Shown: piece after piece, positions 51,404 to 64,000 of the stretch
Layout of the letters: the number at the start of each line of letters is the position of its first letter
Numbering within the stretch: the stretch's first letter is position 1
NCBI GenBank assembly: GCA_030704615.1
Contig: CM060734.1
Coordinates: forward strand, 13,330,001 to 13,394,000
Source of the DNA: Takakia lepidozioides
Taxonomy: Eukaryota > Plantae > Bryophyta
Length of the DNA: 64,000 nucleotides
Reading direction: 5' to 3'
Notes under the pieces: generated by a model
Told to the model about the DNA's origin: nothing
Seen by the model: the letters and a program-made list of their open reading frames with translations, nothing else
Database searches by the model: none
Made by a program: the position numbers and the translations under genes

Positions 51404-54190
51404 ATAACCAGGAAACGACATCGCTAGGCTTCTTACAGCTATGCACGACGTGAACAAGTAAGTCATCCTTCCCTCTGTAGTGTCTTGTTAATCCCAAAAA
51501 AACAGTGTTAAGGAATGCAATGTTTCCAATGTTTTTGCAGATCGACAGAGAAATCGCATGTGACAACAAGCTTGGTCCACACACTATTCCGAATTCAGAG
51601 GATTGATCTGATGAAGCTGGATGATTTTCGGACAGTACTCCCCCCCAATATAATCAAGAAGTGCGAAACAGGAAGAGCTGCAGGCACTTGGCATTCTTTT
51701 ACTCGAGAGGCATTTCTGGAGTACATGTATGCGGTAAGCCCGAGTCTGTACTCAGTTTCCTTTTCGAATACATGTTTGTAGTCCCTTCGGTGCTAATCAC
51801 TATTTGAATCAATGCAGCAAGAACTGGCAGAGGCAGCTGAGAAGGAAAAATCCGAATATTACCGCACTACACCAGAGGAACTAAGGACATCAAAGGGTGT
51901 GGAAGCAGCAATAAAAAAAGAGTTTGAAATGCGAAGAACCAAATTGATGTCCGCCTTCGGAAAGCAGCTTAGAATAATAGATCCTGGACTTGGTTCTGAG
52001 TTCCTTCAGCAGATCAAATCTCACTATGACAAGCATGTGCATCCAGAGATACAGCAGGAGAAATTGCACCGGCTGGCCATATCCATGGTCGACCCACAAA
52101 CAAAAATAAGGTGGCTGGAGATATGGAACTCAGATCAGACAGTAAAGGACTTGAATCAGTTCCCAAAGAGCACCATACAGCCTGGCACAAAGGTGGAAGG
52201 AATCAGTGATTTGGTGTTTGATAACTGGCTCCACAAGGCTACATTTTGGAGTCAGGTGTGTATTCAAATAAGTCGTATTCTTTTCTTCAATTATGTGATG
52301 AGTATCTTATTTGCAATACTGACAAATATACAATTTGCAGCTCGAAAAGCGCGCCATCATTGTGCTGGATCAGACTTTGAAGGACTTGAACATTTTGATT
52401 GTTTCCCCTCCCCAAATGTCATTGGAGGCATACATAAGGAAGTGGAGAGGTCTCACCTGGAGATACTGTTTTTTCCGGGAGTTCTCCAAAGATGGTAACA
52501 TTTTACGGTCCAACGACTTTGACAGTCAGGTTGGAGGAGAGTGGGCCATGATGCGAGTTGTGTACAGGTGCAATATCATACTGAAAACTCTACTGCACTT
52601 TTTGGGAAATAATTTGGCTTAATAAGGATTATAATCATAGATCCAAATTGAATGTCGTTGACGACATTCACTTCTTTGTCTGAGTCATTCTTAAGCGAGA
52701 ATTTGAATTCACCTGGATTAGGAGCTTAGGGTGTAATTATAGTGTCCCTGATTAGAATTGATAATGTCCCTAAATGGCGTTGACGACATTCACATCCAGA
52801 GTTGTTGAGAGGTCCTCAGAGTTATGTAAGTTTTTGTAATGTCCATAGAGTTTACAGTAAGGGTTCCTCACTTCAGTTTGCTGAATGTCAATGCAAACAT
52901 TCAGTTGTTCTGCATTGCTTTTGCCTCTTGCGAGAAATCTTGAGGCTTGAATAGTTGTGTTATCAGAGATCCAAAGTGAATGTCGTTGACGACATTCACT
53001 TCTATGTCTGTGTCATTCACCAGCGACAATTTGAATTTACATGGATTGGGAGCTAAGGGTGTATTAATTGGTTCCTTGTTCGTAATTTTGTGAATGGCGT
53101 TGACGCCATTCACATCCAGTGTTATTATGAGGTCCTCAGTGTTATGTTCGTTATGAATGTCCATTGAGTTTTTGGGGAGGGTTCCTTACTCGAGTTTCTG
53201 ATTTCCATCCAACGATTTTGCCTCTTTTGAGAAATCAATAGGCTTGATTAGCAGTGTATTCACAAATCCAAAGTGAATGTCGTTGACGACATTCACTTCT
53301 ATGTCTGTGTCATTATCTCCTGTTTAACAGGTACACGAAATATGTGCTTATGGAAGGAAATCACCTGAGCGGTATTCCAGACTATCTTGACATGTGGTCA
53401 GACCCTGCAAATGATCCAACCATGTATACTGCAGGGATATTGAAGGACTGGAGTCCTTCTCACTTCAGAGACTGTGGCTGGTACCTTGACTGCCCACCGG
53501 AGCACACGACCTTTCAAGAACAGCATATGAAATATTTGAACAATAATGCTGAGATGCTGGCGCCTTTGACTGACGAAGAGTACCAAAGAAACATAACAAC
53601 ATTGGCTGACAAGGAGCCTGATGCTCAGGGAACGCCGCAGAAGGGAAAGAATGCGGGCCGCAAACCAAAAGACAATGCTCTTGATGTCATAACCATCTCA
53701 CCAGCAAAGCCAAAGGACAAAGATAAGTCCAAAGAGAAGGAAAATGACAAGGGGAAGGAGAAAGAAAAGGAGATGGAGAGTGGGCAGGACTTCACTGCTG
53801 GAAGATATACCCGCACAGTTCAGTGCGTGTTCGATGCCAAGCCACACCCTTCCCGTTCTGATTCGGCAGGAGAGATTAAAATTGTCGATGAGGGTTGGCT
53901 GTCGATGATGCAGAGTCGAAAGAGAGGATACATTGGGGTGCCTTCGCCTACCTGGGACAACATAATCTCATTCCTCATGTCCTCTTGTCTGGTGCAGGAG
54001 CAACTTACCATGCATGCAAGGCAGGCGGAAGAAGCCTTTTTGGCATGGAGGGTGATTCTGACCTCTACAACACAGTGCTCCTCCCCCTTTTGTCTGGCTC
54101 CACTTCAGGCACACAGACTGATCGGATTCAAATTCGAAATGATGACGATCCCGAAAGATAAGCAGGTCGACAACGACTTTTTCATGTGAG
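51404..54190 (+). pseudogene. Diverged paralog of the ParB-like/MTase gene; 5'-truncated, MTase core deleted
   Basis: LLTAMHDVN~LLKAAMADIN, HTLFRI~HMLFRV, IIDPGLGSEFL~IADPALGAGFL, EKLHRLA~EKQHRLA, HFRDCGWYLDCPP~HLRDCPWYVDLPP, GATYHACKAGGRSLFGMEGD~GASMWAGTLSDRHVFAFEPD; several shared intron positions. Confidence 0.85.
52640..53300. repeat. Intronic repeats with the GTGAATG(T/G)CGT-TG-ACG(A/C)CATTCAC palindrome
   Basis: Copies at about 52649, 52772, 52976, 53090 and 53273 in ~300-330-bp units inside intron 52568-53330. Confidence 0.9.
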
Positions 54191-55176
54191 TAAGTGCTAA
54201 ACCCACTTTGGGAGTCATACTCAATTTCTCAATAACATCAAAGTTACAGTAATAACTTTTTCAGGCTGTCTTTCAGGAAAGGCAGCGGTGGATCTTCAGG
54301 AGATACAGTCATTTGTGGCGAGTCTGTTTTCGACAGCCCCCTTTCCAATTTTCTGCTTCCTGATTATGCCGAAGCAATGGCACTTCACGCGGCCGAGTCC
54401 CTATCCCCTGAATTTTTACTGCCCGGCCGTAGATGTAGCCAGCGTAGATCTGGAGTTCTTAAATACTTAGACTTAGATGCAGAGGAAGCGGGAATACATT
54501 GTACTGACTCTGAGTCAGACTGAACTATGTTCTTTTAATATTCTGTTTCATCTTCTTTGGAAAACGTTGAATCCCCTTCCTCCACCGTAGTTGTTCCTTT
54601 GGAAAGAAAAATAATCAAAGAATCAACTACCATTTAAATTGCAATATGTATGAATCCATCTCACAAACCTCCCTCACTCTTGTCATATCCATTGTGCTTT
54701 CATCTACAGTGTATTCATGCGTGCTCCATTCATGAATGTTTTCCTTTGTTCAACATCCATTGTACATTCATCCTCTGTACTCTTTAATCCACCCCACAAA
54801 CCTTCCACACTCATGTCATATACGTTGTGCATTCGTCTAAAGTTTTAGTCATGCATCTTCCTGTCATGAATGTTTTTCATTGCTCAACATCCATTATACA
54901 TTCATCCATTTGACTCTTATCCATCCCTCATTCATCCATCTACATTCATTTTTCACACTCATCCATCTGTTTATCATCCAACTGTACATTCATCCATCCT
55001 TTATTCATCTGTTGCTTTCGGGTGGGAATGACCACTGCCTTTTATTATATCATCCAGCTTGTTTCCGCGGTAAAGGGTGCCAATCCGCGGGAATACACTC
55101 CACTTCTTCCTGGGCGCGTGGTGACGCGGTCTTCAAGTGTGATGACGTGGAGTGAGCCCCGTGATGTGGCATTGGC

Positions 55177-56175
55177 GCAATCCTGCAATGCATGCACCGC
55201 TATTGCACCCATTGAACGGATGTGGTTGAAACCCCTCTTTTGCCTGCATGTGCTTGAACCACATCCGTTCAATGGGTGCAATAGCCGTGCATGCATTGCA
55301 GGATTTCTTTTTCGCATTGAACAAAAACCAGATGACAAGTGAACGCCTCATTGGACAATCGAACGATTTTCGATTGATCTCGTATTACACTGGGACGTAT
55401 CAGAGGGTACATTGAACACACTGGCCAAGTTTCAATTTTTGGCGGGGGAGTAGCCGTGGGATGCTGGAAGCCGCAGAACAAAATCGATACGTGCCAAAAA
55501 CCCCCACTGAAAGGCAGTGCAAACCTATTATTTATTGGCTTAAAATAAAATTTAAATTGTGGAATGGCTTGAGGGGGGAGCGCGTCGATGGGGAGGCAAC
55601 TGATATATTAGTCTGTTGTGTCTCCGCACAGTGGTCGCACACATGTAGACAAAAGAGGGGTTTCAACCACATCCGTTCAATGGGTGCAATAGCCGTGCAT
55701 GCATTGCAGGATTTCTTTTTCGCATTGAACAAAAACCAGATGACAAGTGAACGCCTCATTGGACAATCGAACGATTTTCGATTGATCTCGTATTACACTG
55801 GGACGTATCAGAGGGTACATTGAACACACTGGCCAAGTTTCAATTTTTGGCGGGGGAGTAGCCGTGGGATGCTGGAAGCCGCAGAACAAATCGATACGTG
55901 CCAAAAACCCCCACTGAAAGGCAGTGCAAACCTATTTATTGGCTTAAAATAAATTTAAATTGTGGAATGGCTTGAGGGGGGAGCGCGTCGATGGGAGGCA
56001 AATGATATATTAGTCTGTTGTGTCTCCGCCATGTGTCGCACACATGCAGGCAAAAGAGGGGTTTCAAACCACATCCGTTCAATGGGTGCAATAGCCGTGC
56101 ATGCATTGCATGATTTCTTTTTCGCATTGAACAAAAACCAGATGACAAGTGAACGCCTCATTGGACAATCGAACG
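55177..56175 (+). repeat. 403-bp satellite units starting with a fold-back inversion
   Basis: Same unit as 23744-24787; 55179-55229 is the reverse complement of 55257-55305. Confidence 0.9.
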
Positions 56176-59100
56176 AAAAAGAAAGCAATTCCTTTAAGCC
56201 CTCAGGAACCGCCGTATACGTCGTCTCTCTCCTCCGGTGACAATGGGTCCAATGTCAGGCTCCCAATTGTCCTCCGTACTACAACCTTAAGTCCAGTGGG
56301 CTTAGAGGTAGAGGACGCGTCCCGTGGTTGCTATGCTGCAACCTCTTGAGCAGTACTCCCTACCTGCTCAGTCAATGACAAGGCATCATCCTGCCCCATC
56401 ATCTCATCCTTGAGGACCTCCTCAAACTCGAGAAGAATCCCCAACCTCATCCATCACAGCCGCCTTGGCTGCCACTCCCTCTGAACCTCGAGCACCTCCC
56501 ACGTGTGCCATGGATGCATGCACCCCGTGGTCCTCATATGCTCGCCCCCACTCACTGCCTGTACCGTCTCGGTAGGCAAGAGACCATTGAGGAAGTGTAT
56601 TCCGCACTCTGCGTTGCTCAGCTAGAGCCAAGCTGATAATCCAGGTCAAGCAATTGAGATCCATTGCTTGCCCCAACACTTGACGACGTGATGCCTCAGA
56701 AAGAGACGACACCGCCGTGGTACCAGTGGTAAAACCCATTGCCCGCTCACGCTCGTCAGCATTAGGCTCCACTAACTGCTGCAACTGAGCATCCCACAAG
56801 AGGCCAGGTCCACTATCCCGGAAAGCATGCGATCCTGGGAGGCTGAGCAGTGGTAGGTAATGCTGCTTTGGTTGACCCACCTTGTTGACCACTGCCAAAG
56901 GCGAACGGTCATCGTGTCTCACACGTTGAGACTGCCTCCCTGTGTCCAGAATGTTTATCCACTGTGAGATGTGCTGGCCGCTGCACCCCATCAAATGCAC
57001 GCTTGAGCAGTGCGGGTGGCATCATGTTAGTCCACCATAGCCGTGGACGATGAGCCCGTGACCCCACTGTAGCTGCATCTAGCACAACTGCTGACCCAAG
57101 CCACGACCGGACTTGATGCACACTGGCCATCACCCTGGCCCAAGATCGCCCATCAGTGGCACATTCTCCAAGATGATGCTGGAGCACAGCTTGATGAAGC
57201 TGCAAGTGGCGCAAAACCCGTACCATCTCCCAAAACAGACCCGACCTCGAGTCTCGCAATCATGCCATGCATGCCCGGCTGATGAATGCCCTTGGCAGGC
57301 CACCTGCCACTACCAGATCAATGGAGTCCACCCCTCCACATCCTCCCCCCCCCAGCAACGAAATGTCTGCTGGCAAGGCCTGCTGATATCCACGAATTGC
57401 AGAACACCGACAACAACTCAGGGTACCGCTGCAAAAAACACTGAGCAACATGGGCGAAGTGAAAGCGTCGTGCAGTCTCATCCCTCTCCACATACAGGTA
57501 ACGCGAACTCGTACACTTGCCTGTAACACACAGCCAATTCGGTGCTGATGATCCGCCAAACAAGTCCAGAAGACAAATGCCTTCATCCGGAGACTGCCAC
57601 ACAATAGTGTGGTGTCCAATGGAGACAATTGAGTGGTCCTGGTGCAATCCCACACTCTCCTCCTCTCTCTCTGACGGTACAAAAGCCTCCACCCAGGCTT
57701 GTTTCACCCGTCGATCACATCCCGCTGCAAATCCTTGTTCGTGCCCCACAATGGAGTCTGAGCAACCATGGTAGGCAACTCCGCCATACCATACATGTCA
57801 TCCCGCTCTCCCGGAGTGGTACATCCTCTGAATGAGCATTGAGTACTCATGAAAGAATTGCCCCCTCTCTACCTCACCTCGCCTGCCGGCCCCTGAACGT
57901 CACAGGGAGCTGCACACGCCGGCCCTCCCCTGACTGCCATGCAGGCCTATAGGAAGCTGACTCCTCCCAAAAATCCAGGGTGAAGCCCATGGGGTACAAC
58001 ACTGCCCCACCAACCAGGACATCGTATGAGACTGCGTCTGTCACAATGGCCTTGGCTCGCATCACTGAGCCATCTGTCGGGTGATCCGGCCGTAGTCTGA
58101 TAGCCAACTCCCGCGTGTCATGCCCCGAGCCTGCTCCGATCCTCCCAGAGACGTCTGTATCTGGAAAGGACAAGGCTCCATATCCGCCTCCGTGAGGCCC
58201 AAGCCTGCAATAGCAGCTCTGCCCAGCATCAATGGCTGAGCTCCCGAGTCCAACAAGACCCGCAGTGGCCGGTACCTCTTGCCTGCCGGTCCACTCAAAC
58301 AGAAAATGCCATCCTGGTTGTCTAACATGACAACTCCAGGTGTCACCATGGCGCGCTCAATGGCTGGCCTAGCTGGCAGCTCCATCAACCTGGCAGCTGC
58401 AGCTTGCCATGGCGCCGCCGTGGCAGTCTTGACCCTCAAATCCGAGGATCCCTCCGGCACTACACCTCCCACTATCTCCGCAGAAGATGAAGTAACCTCC
58501 CCACTCTCACAGAGTGTAGCTGCCAGCCTGAACACCTCAGCTGGTCTTACCCCCGGCGTCGCAATCATGGTAGCCGAGAACAATGGAGCCTGGCACACAG
58601 ATGTGGCCGCTCCTACAGCACACTAGCTGCCGTAGCCTTGGCAACACTAGGTAGTGGTGCTACCCGTGTAGCTCTCCCCAATGGCATAGTAACCTCCGCC
58701 TCGGTAACAGTCGGGCGAGAACTAGGTGCCATGGATGGCGTCGACACTGTCTCCGCCAATGTGAATGACTGAGGAAGCCTAGCCTGACGGCTTGCCTCCC
58801 CACGCTGTGGATCCAACTCCACCTCTGCACCTCGTGGCTCAGGAACTCGTGCTGCTCCTCGAGTCACGGCTGCAGCAGACTCCACCTGCACTAGTGGTAG
58901 TGCTGCTCCACACATGAATCCCATGCCTCCCATATCTCCTCCCTCAGGAGCAGGAGGTTGACCATCCGGCCTTAGAGCCGGTACCACCTGAGCTGTAGCC
59001 ATGGCAGCGAGCCTCTGCTCTAGCTGCTGAAGCCGGTTGGCCATGCCTTGGTCAACACCCTGACCTCCGCGTCCTTGGCCACGTTGAGCTTGCCCTTGGC

Positions 59101-62100
59101 CTGCACCTCGTGGCTGGCCACCTCGTCCTCTCTGGGCTGCTCCACCTCGCCCCCGGCCACCATTGTTCCCTTGGAACTGGCCTGGGCGCAACTCAGGATG
59201 CAAACCATAACACTGGGCCTCTCCATGCCCGTGCTTGCCACAATGCCCACACTGCAACTGTGCAGGCTGTGCATGTGCCGACCCTTTGCCTCCTCTGGGC
59301 AATCCTTCTTGACATGGGGTCCTCCACATGTCCAGCACACCACATCCGCCCGTTGTTGGCCAGCAAATGAAGGGAGAGACCCCTGCATCTGAGGTCCTCT
59401 CTGCCCTTCCCTGAGCTTCACCTGAGCCCCTTGTTGCCTTGAGCACGTTGAGGTAGTGGTTGGCTAGGAGCACCACTACCCCGTGGTGTCTCCTTAGCAA
59501 ATCCCACCATGACCACTCGTTCCTCCACCATGTTGAGCTCTATCCGCTCTGCCAGCAAAAACACATTTGCTAAGGTGGGTTGGGCCGCTTGTAGGAGAGT
59601 TGCATCCCGCACCCTTCCTCAGCTCCTTGTCCAATATCCCATACCAGAATTGGACTGCCTGAGCTTCCGTAACCCCTTGGGTTACATTTATCAAGCGCCT
59701 CATGCGAGTGAAAGCCTCCCTCAAGCTCTCGGTCGGCTTCCGTTGGAACTCTTGCAAGCTCCGCAACTTCTCTGTCCTCACCCCTTGGTAGTTCCCTCTC
59801 AACTCTTCGAAGAACTCCACAACAGGGTTGAAGGCAGGCACGGGTGCTAGTGCTGGTGCGGTAGTGGCTTGGGTGGACGTCGTAGCTACTGTACCACCAG
59901 TCCCACTGCTGCTTGCTGAAGCTGCCGGTGGCGGCAGGTGTAGCCACTGCCCTCGTGGCTCTAGTGCCCCTAGTGATGGAGACATAGTCGGGTGACCAGT
60001 ACATCCTCCACTCCTCGATCTCAACCTCATGCCCCCGCCTGAACTCATGGTAATCATCCATAGGCGGCCCTCAAGGTGCTGAAACAGCCCTTCCATGCCA
60101 TGAAAGGCGTAAATAGTGTGGATTGCGCATTTGCTGCAAATCACACCAACTATCAAACTCTTGGATAAAATCATCCAACTCGATGGTGCCCACCGCCCAG
60201 AGTACCTTCGTGGCCCCTTGGTAGCTCCATACATCTCCTCCATTGTGTCCCACAACAATGGCAAAGAAACAACTTGCACCGCCGGTATGAGTCCTCCTGA
60301 TTCACAATCCGAATCAGAACCTTCCGTGGAAGACACAGGAGGTGAAGGTGGCCTAAACCGCACACCTCGTCTCGTGTACCCACTAGTATCGCTAGTGCTC
60401 GAACCGGCACTGTCCCCAGCAACTAGTGGCACCTCCGTGTTGACACTCAACCGGTCATGAACATGTCCCTAACCCCCTCTCCACAAGGTAACCGGGTAGA
60501 GAACCTGTTGCGGCTTATGGTTTGGAATACTAAGTTCCTAACATAGCCTACACCTGTACCTGCATCCACCGCAAGCACTCCTATGGTTGGCTGGTCATCA
60601 CCTCCACCTCACCACAGGAGAAACAATGATGGTCTGGCTGGTCATCCCAGCCTCACCATCGACAGCATGCTCTAGGACTGGCCGGTGATCAAATCCGGAC
60701 AATCACCTATAAAAACAAGCGCCCACACAAAACTAGCATGGCGCACAGTCAAGCATGCAGGTATGGAGGGGATCCAAACACAAGAAATCAGATCGACAAC
60801 TCCCCCACACCAAAAACAACTCCACGGTGTTGCTCCTGCAAGGACACCCCAGCCCAAACCCGGACTGACTCTTGCCTCCACCTACGGAAAGGTCTTGGCC
60901 TAATGAGAGGGTGGAAAACTACGAGGAAGAGAAGCTAAAGCAATGCCTAACCCCAGCATGCTCTCATCCCAACACTCTGCCTCTCCTCTCTACCCTCACT
61001 TGCATGACCATGGGAATATCATGAAGATACTCCTCAAACCGCCCTCCACGAGCTTCAAAATTCGGCCTTCCAGACCACATGCCAGTCCTTAGGCAGTCCA
61101 CCAGTGCCTCCACGAGTCAGCACAGGCCGTCCACAGGTCAACACGGGCCACCACAGACCAGCACAGGCCCACACAGCTCACTGGTCACAGCCGTCACAGT
61201 CCCACAGGCCACTGGGCACAGCCCGCCCCTCACAGCCGTCACAGCCTCAAGGCCACTGGGCACAGCCTGTCACAGCCTGACACAGCCGTCACAGCCCCAC
61301 AGGGCACCGGGCCCACAGTCACAGCCCATCACAGCCCACACGCACCGTCACAGCCTGCCTGTCACAGCCCTCACAGCCCGTCACAGCCCCAAAGGCCTCA
61401 GGCACGGCCTGTCACAGCCCCTCACACCAGCCCCAAGGCCATGGGCACGGCCTGTCACAGCCCCTCACAGCCCGTCACAGCCCCAAAGGCCTCAGGCACG
61501 GCCTGTCACAGCCCCTCACAGCCCGTCACAGCCCAAAGGCCATGGGCACGGCCTGTCACAGCCCTCACAGCCCGTCACAGCCTCAAAGGCCCACGGCCTG
61601 TCACAGCCGTCACAGCCCCAAAGGCCATGGGCACAGCCTGTCACAGCAGCCTGTCACAGCCCGTCACTGCCCCACAGGGCACAGGGCACAGCCACACAGC
61701 CCTCACCCGTCACAGCCTGACACAGCCGTGACAGCTTGCACAGCCTGTCACCCCACACATGGCCGCTCTGGAAGTTTAGCCATTTCTCCAAGGGGTTTAG
61801 CCACGCCAAGCTAGGGTTTGTGTCTCTTGGACTCTAGGCTTCTTTCCACCGAGCTATGGTGGCTGTGAGGAAATCAGCAAGGTATCCTTGCTCTTTCGGC
61901 TCCCACACACCACCATAGTAGCCCTAAGCCATGAGGTGGTTGCCACAAACCAAGCCTTCTTTCTCACTTAGCCTCCCAAACACGCCACTAAACTCAATGG
62001 CAACACAACCAAGCCATGCTGGTTCCCAGCCCTTGTGAGCACCTCATTCAAGCATTCTCATTGGCCATAGCATCTTGTCTTAGAGCCTATTCCAGCCCTC

Positions 62101-63614
62101 TACAATCTGTTGCTTCCAGAGTTGCGTCTCCTTTCAGCTTGAGTTGAAACCCCAACTCACATAGGCCTCCAAGTGCTGTTTCTTTCACTCCAAGTGGAAA
62201 GCGCACCCTAGACCTTCCGTTCTAGCTCTCTAAGGCTTGAAAACAAGAGCCTCAATGGGCTGAAGGCATGCTCCACACATGCCCACTCTCACCATAAGAG
62301 AATCAGCTCATTTGCTTCATTTCTTGCACCCACAAACCTGATAATACAAGCTTCAGCAGGCTTGAAAGCATGCTCTACATCCCACGGGAAACCAGCCCCT
62401 TCCTTCCTTTCTTGCACTCCACACCTAAAAGTGCAAGCCTTCACCAGGCTGATAGCATGCTCACACATACATTGCCCTCACATAAGGGAAGTCAGCCCTT
62501 CCCTCTTCCTTTGCTTGCCCTCCAAGCTTGAAGATGGAAGCTTCAATGAGCTGAATACATGCTCCACACATGCAACCTCTTCACACAAGAGATATCAGCC
62601 CCCTATCTTGGCTCCTTGGCCTCCTTGATGCTCTCTAAGACAAGACTAAGCACTCCATAGCCTTTGCCAAGCTCCTGAAACCTAAGGCTTACATTTCCAG
62701 CCACAAGACACTTCTCTTGTGGTGCAAGAGCTCTTCTTCCAAGCTCTGAAACCCTAGGTGCACATTCCATGGCCTTGCCGCACCTCTTAGCTCCTGTTCC
62801 AGCCCTGCTCTTGCCATGACAAGAGCCCTCTCAATGCTGAAGCTCGAGATTGAAACCCAATCTCACCATACTCCACAAAGTGCACTGATTTGCCCCAAGC
62901 CAAATCAGCCCTTTCGCTTGGTCTTGCAATCCTTCACACAATGAAAGCTCGCATTCCCAAGTCCAGTTCTCAGCTTTGCCACCAAAGCCACTATAACCTG
63001 CTCTTGACTGGTCCTCTTCCCAATCGTGCTTGCTCATGCATGTACACAATCTGAAACATCAAGGTGCTCTGGAATTACCTGCGTATGGTGCTTTCATCTC
63101 TGAAGCTGAAAGATCGAATGCCAAGGTTTACCACCTCGTAACCCACATCGCCTCCGCTTCTAACAACCAAGAGCTCCACGATGCTCCTTGCATAACAACT
63201 TGGTTTCCCTCATTTTCAAGCAAAAACCACAAGTGCTACAACTAACTCGTATCTAGCACTCATAGATACGAGCTCATCTTTCTCGAGTGATAAAGAAGAA
63301 GAATACAAGCACAAACTCATGCGAGCTCACAAAGCTGAAGCATAAACTCATGCATATATAACCTCATCACTCAAACACAAGTCAAGCCAAGTGCACCCCA
63401 CGCCATGGGGAATCCACACTACGGCGCCATAGCTAGGCGCGGTGAGGCTCAACTCGAGAAAGATGAGCCTCCCACGCTTGCCGTGAAGATAACCACTCCA
63501 GGGCCTAAATCTGCCTTGACCCCTGGATTGACACTTGGGCCAATCCCAAATGTCAATATGTAAAAGCTAGCTATTTCCTAGCTAGTTTCACACTAGTGGT
63601 AAAATAACTTGACA
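56176..63614 (-). mobile_element. DNMT-gypsy copy: A repeat, long leader, gag, PR, DNMT; 3'-truncated before RT
   Basis: Reverse-complement homology to 25670-30275; starts TGTCAAG at 63614 within the satellite; many small indels. Confidence 0.92.
61160..61750. repeat. GTCACAGCC minisatellite in the retrotransposon leader
   Basis: Dozens of (G/C)TCACAGCC units with higher-order repetition. Confidence 0.9.
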
Positions 63615-64000
63615 GGAGACACAACAGACTAATATATCATTTGCCTCCCCATCGACGCGCTCCCCCCTCAAGCCATTCCACAATTTAAATTTATTTTAAG
63701 CCAATAAATAGGTTTGCACTGCCTTTCAGTGGGGGTTTTTGGCACGTATCGATTTTGTTCTGCGGCTTCCAGCATCCCACGGCTACTCCCCCGCCAAAAA
63801 TTGAAACTTGGCCAGTGTGTTCAATGTACCCTCTGATACGTCCCAGTGTAATACGAGATCAATCGAAAATCGTTCGATTGTCCAATGAGGCGTTCACTTG
63901 TCATCTGGTTTTTGTTCAATGCGAAAAAGAAATCCTGCAATGCATGCACGGCTATTGCACCCATTGAACGGATGTGGTTGAAACCCCTCTTTTGCCTGCA
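63615..64000 (-). repeat. 403-bp satellite, reverse orientation, running off the window
   Basis: Reverse complement of the 24189-type unit. Confidence 0.95.

Noticed and set aside
45534-51482. CTCTGTAGTG (CACTA-like ends) at about 45540 and 51473
   Set aside because: Same orientation, no partner TIR or 3-bp TSD; one is inside a MITE and the other inside an intron
61079-61814. Pro/Ser/Thr-rich ORFs
   Set aside because: Produced by the GTCACAGCC minisatellite, antisense to the element

Overview
Eukaryotic, TE-dense window, most likely from a land plant (GT-AG introns, an SH3P-type terminal exon, heavy CG/CHG C>T decay); the host cannot be named from sequence alone. It is almost entirely nested and rearranged transposons. 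(1) 4365-18148 is a 13.8-kb Mutator-like element with imperfect 21-bp TIRs and an 8-bp TSD, inserted into the transposase of a related MULE (3368-4364 rejoins in frame with 18157-20330). Besides its GCM-like/DDE/SWIM transposase, it carries a divergently transcribed multi-exon gene with a ParB/Srx-like DGNHR domain and a beta-class N4C/N6A DNA methyltransferase domain. Its non-coding DNA, including one intron, is packed with a palindrome, GGAAATTCGGCGCCGAATTTCC. A diverged paralog of this gene (51404-54190) has a different palindrome in the same intron. (2) A Ty3/gypsy family is present in three pieces (25670-33018 +, 49808-51313 -, 56176-63614 -). It encodes gag-PR-DNMT3-like C5 methyltransferase-RT-IN-PHD in one frame and has permuted termini (A...B-A-B), as if a 2-LTR circle were opened at an internal GACA-GC-TGTC palindrome. 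Its PBS position holds a 16-nt self-complementary sequence. (3) The rest comprises a 3.7-kb tandem duplication carrying a zf-XS-like/RING-H2 ORF, hAT MITEs, a TA-flanked MITE, a 403-bp satellite, AT-rich hairpin arrays and LINE/gypsy debris. Most ORFs are pseudogenised. Domain calls are by eye from motifs and need HMM confirmation.
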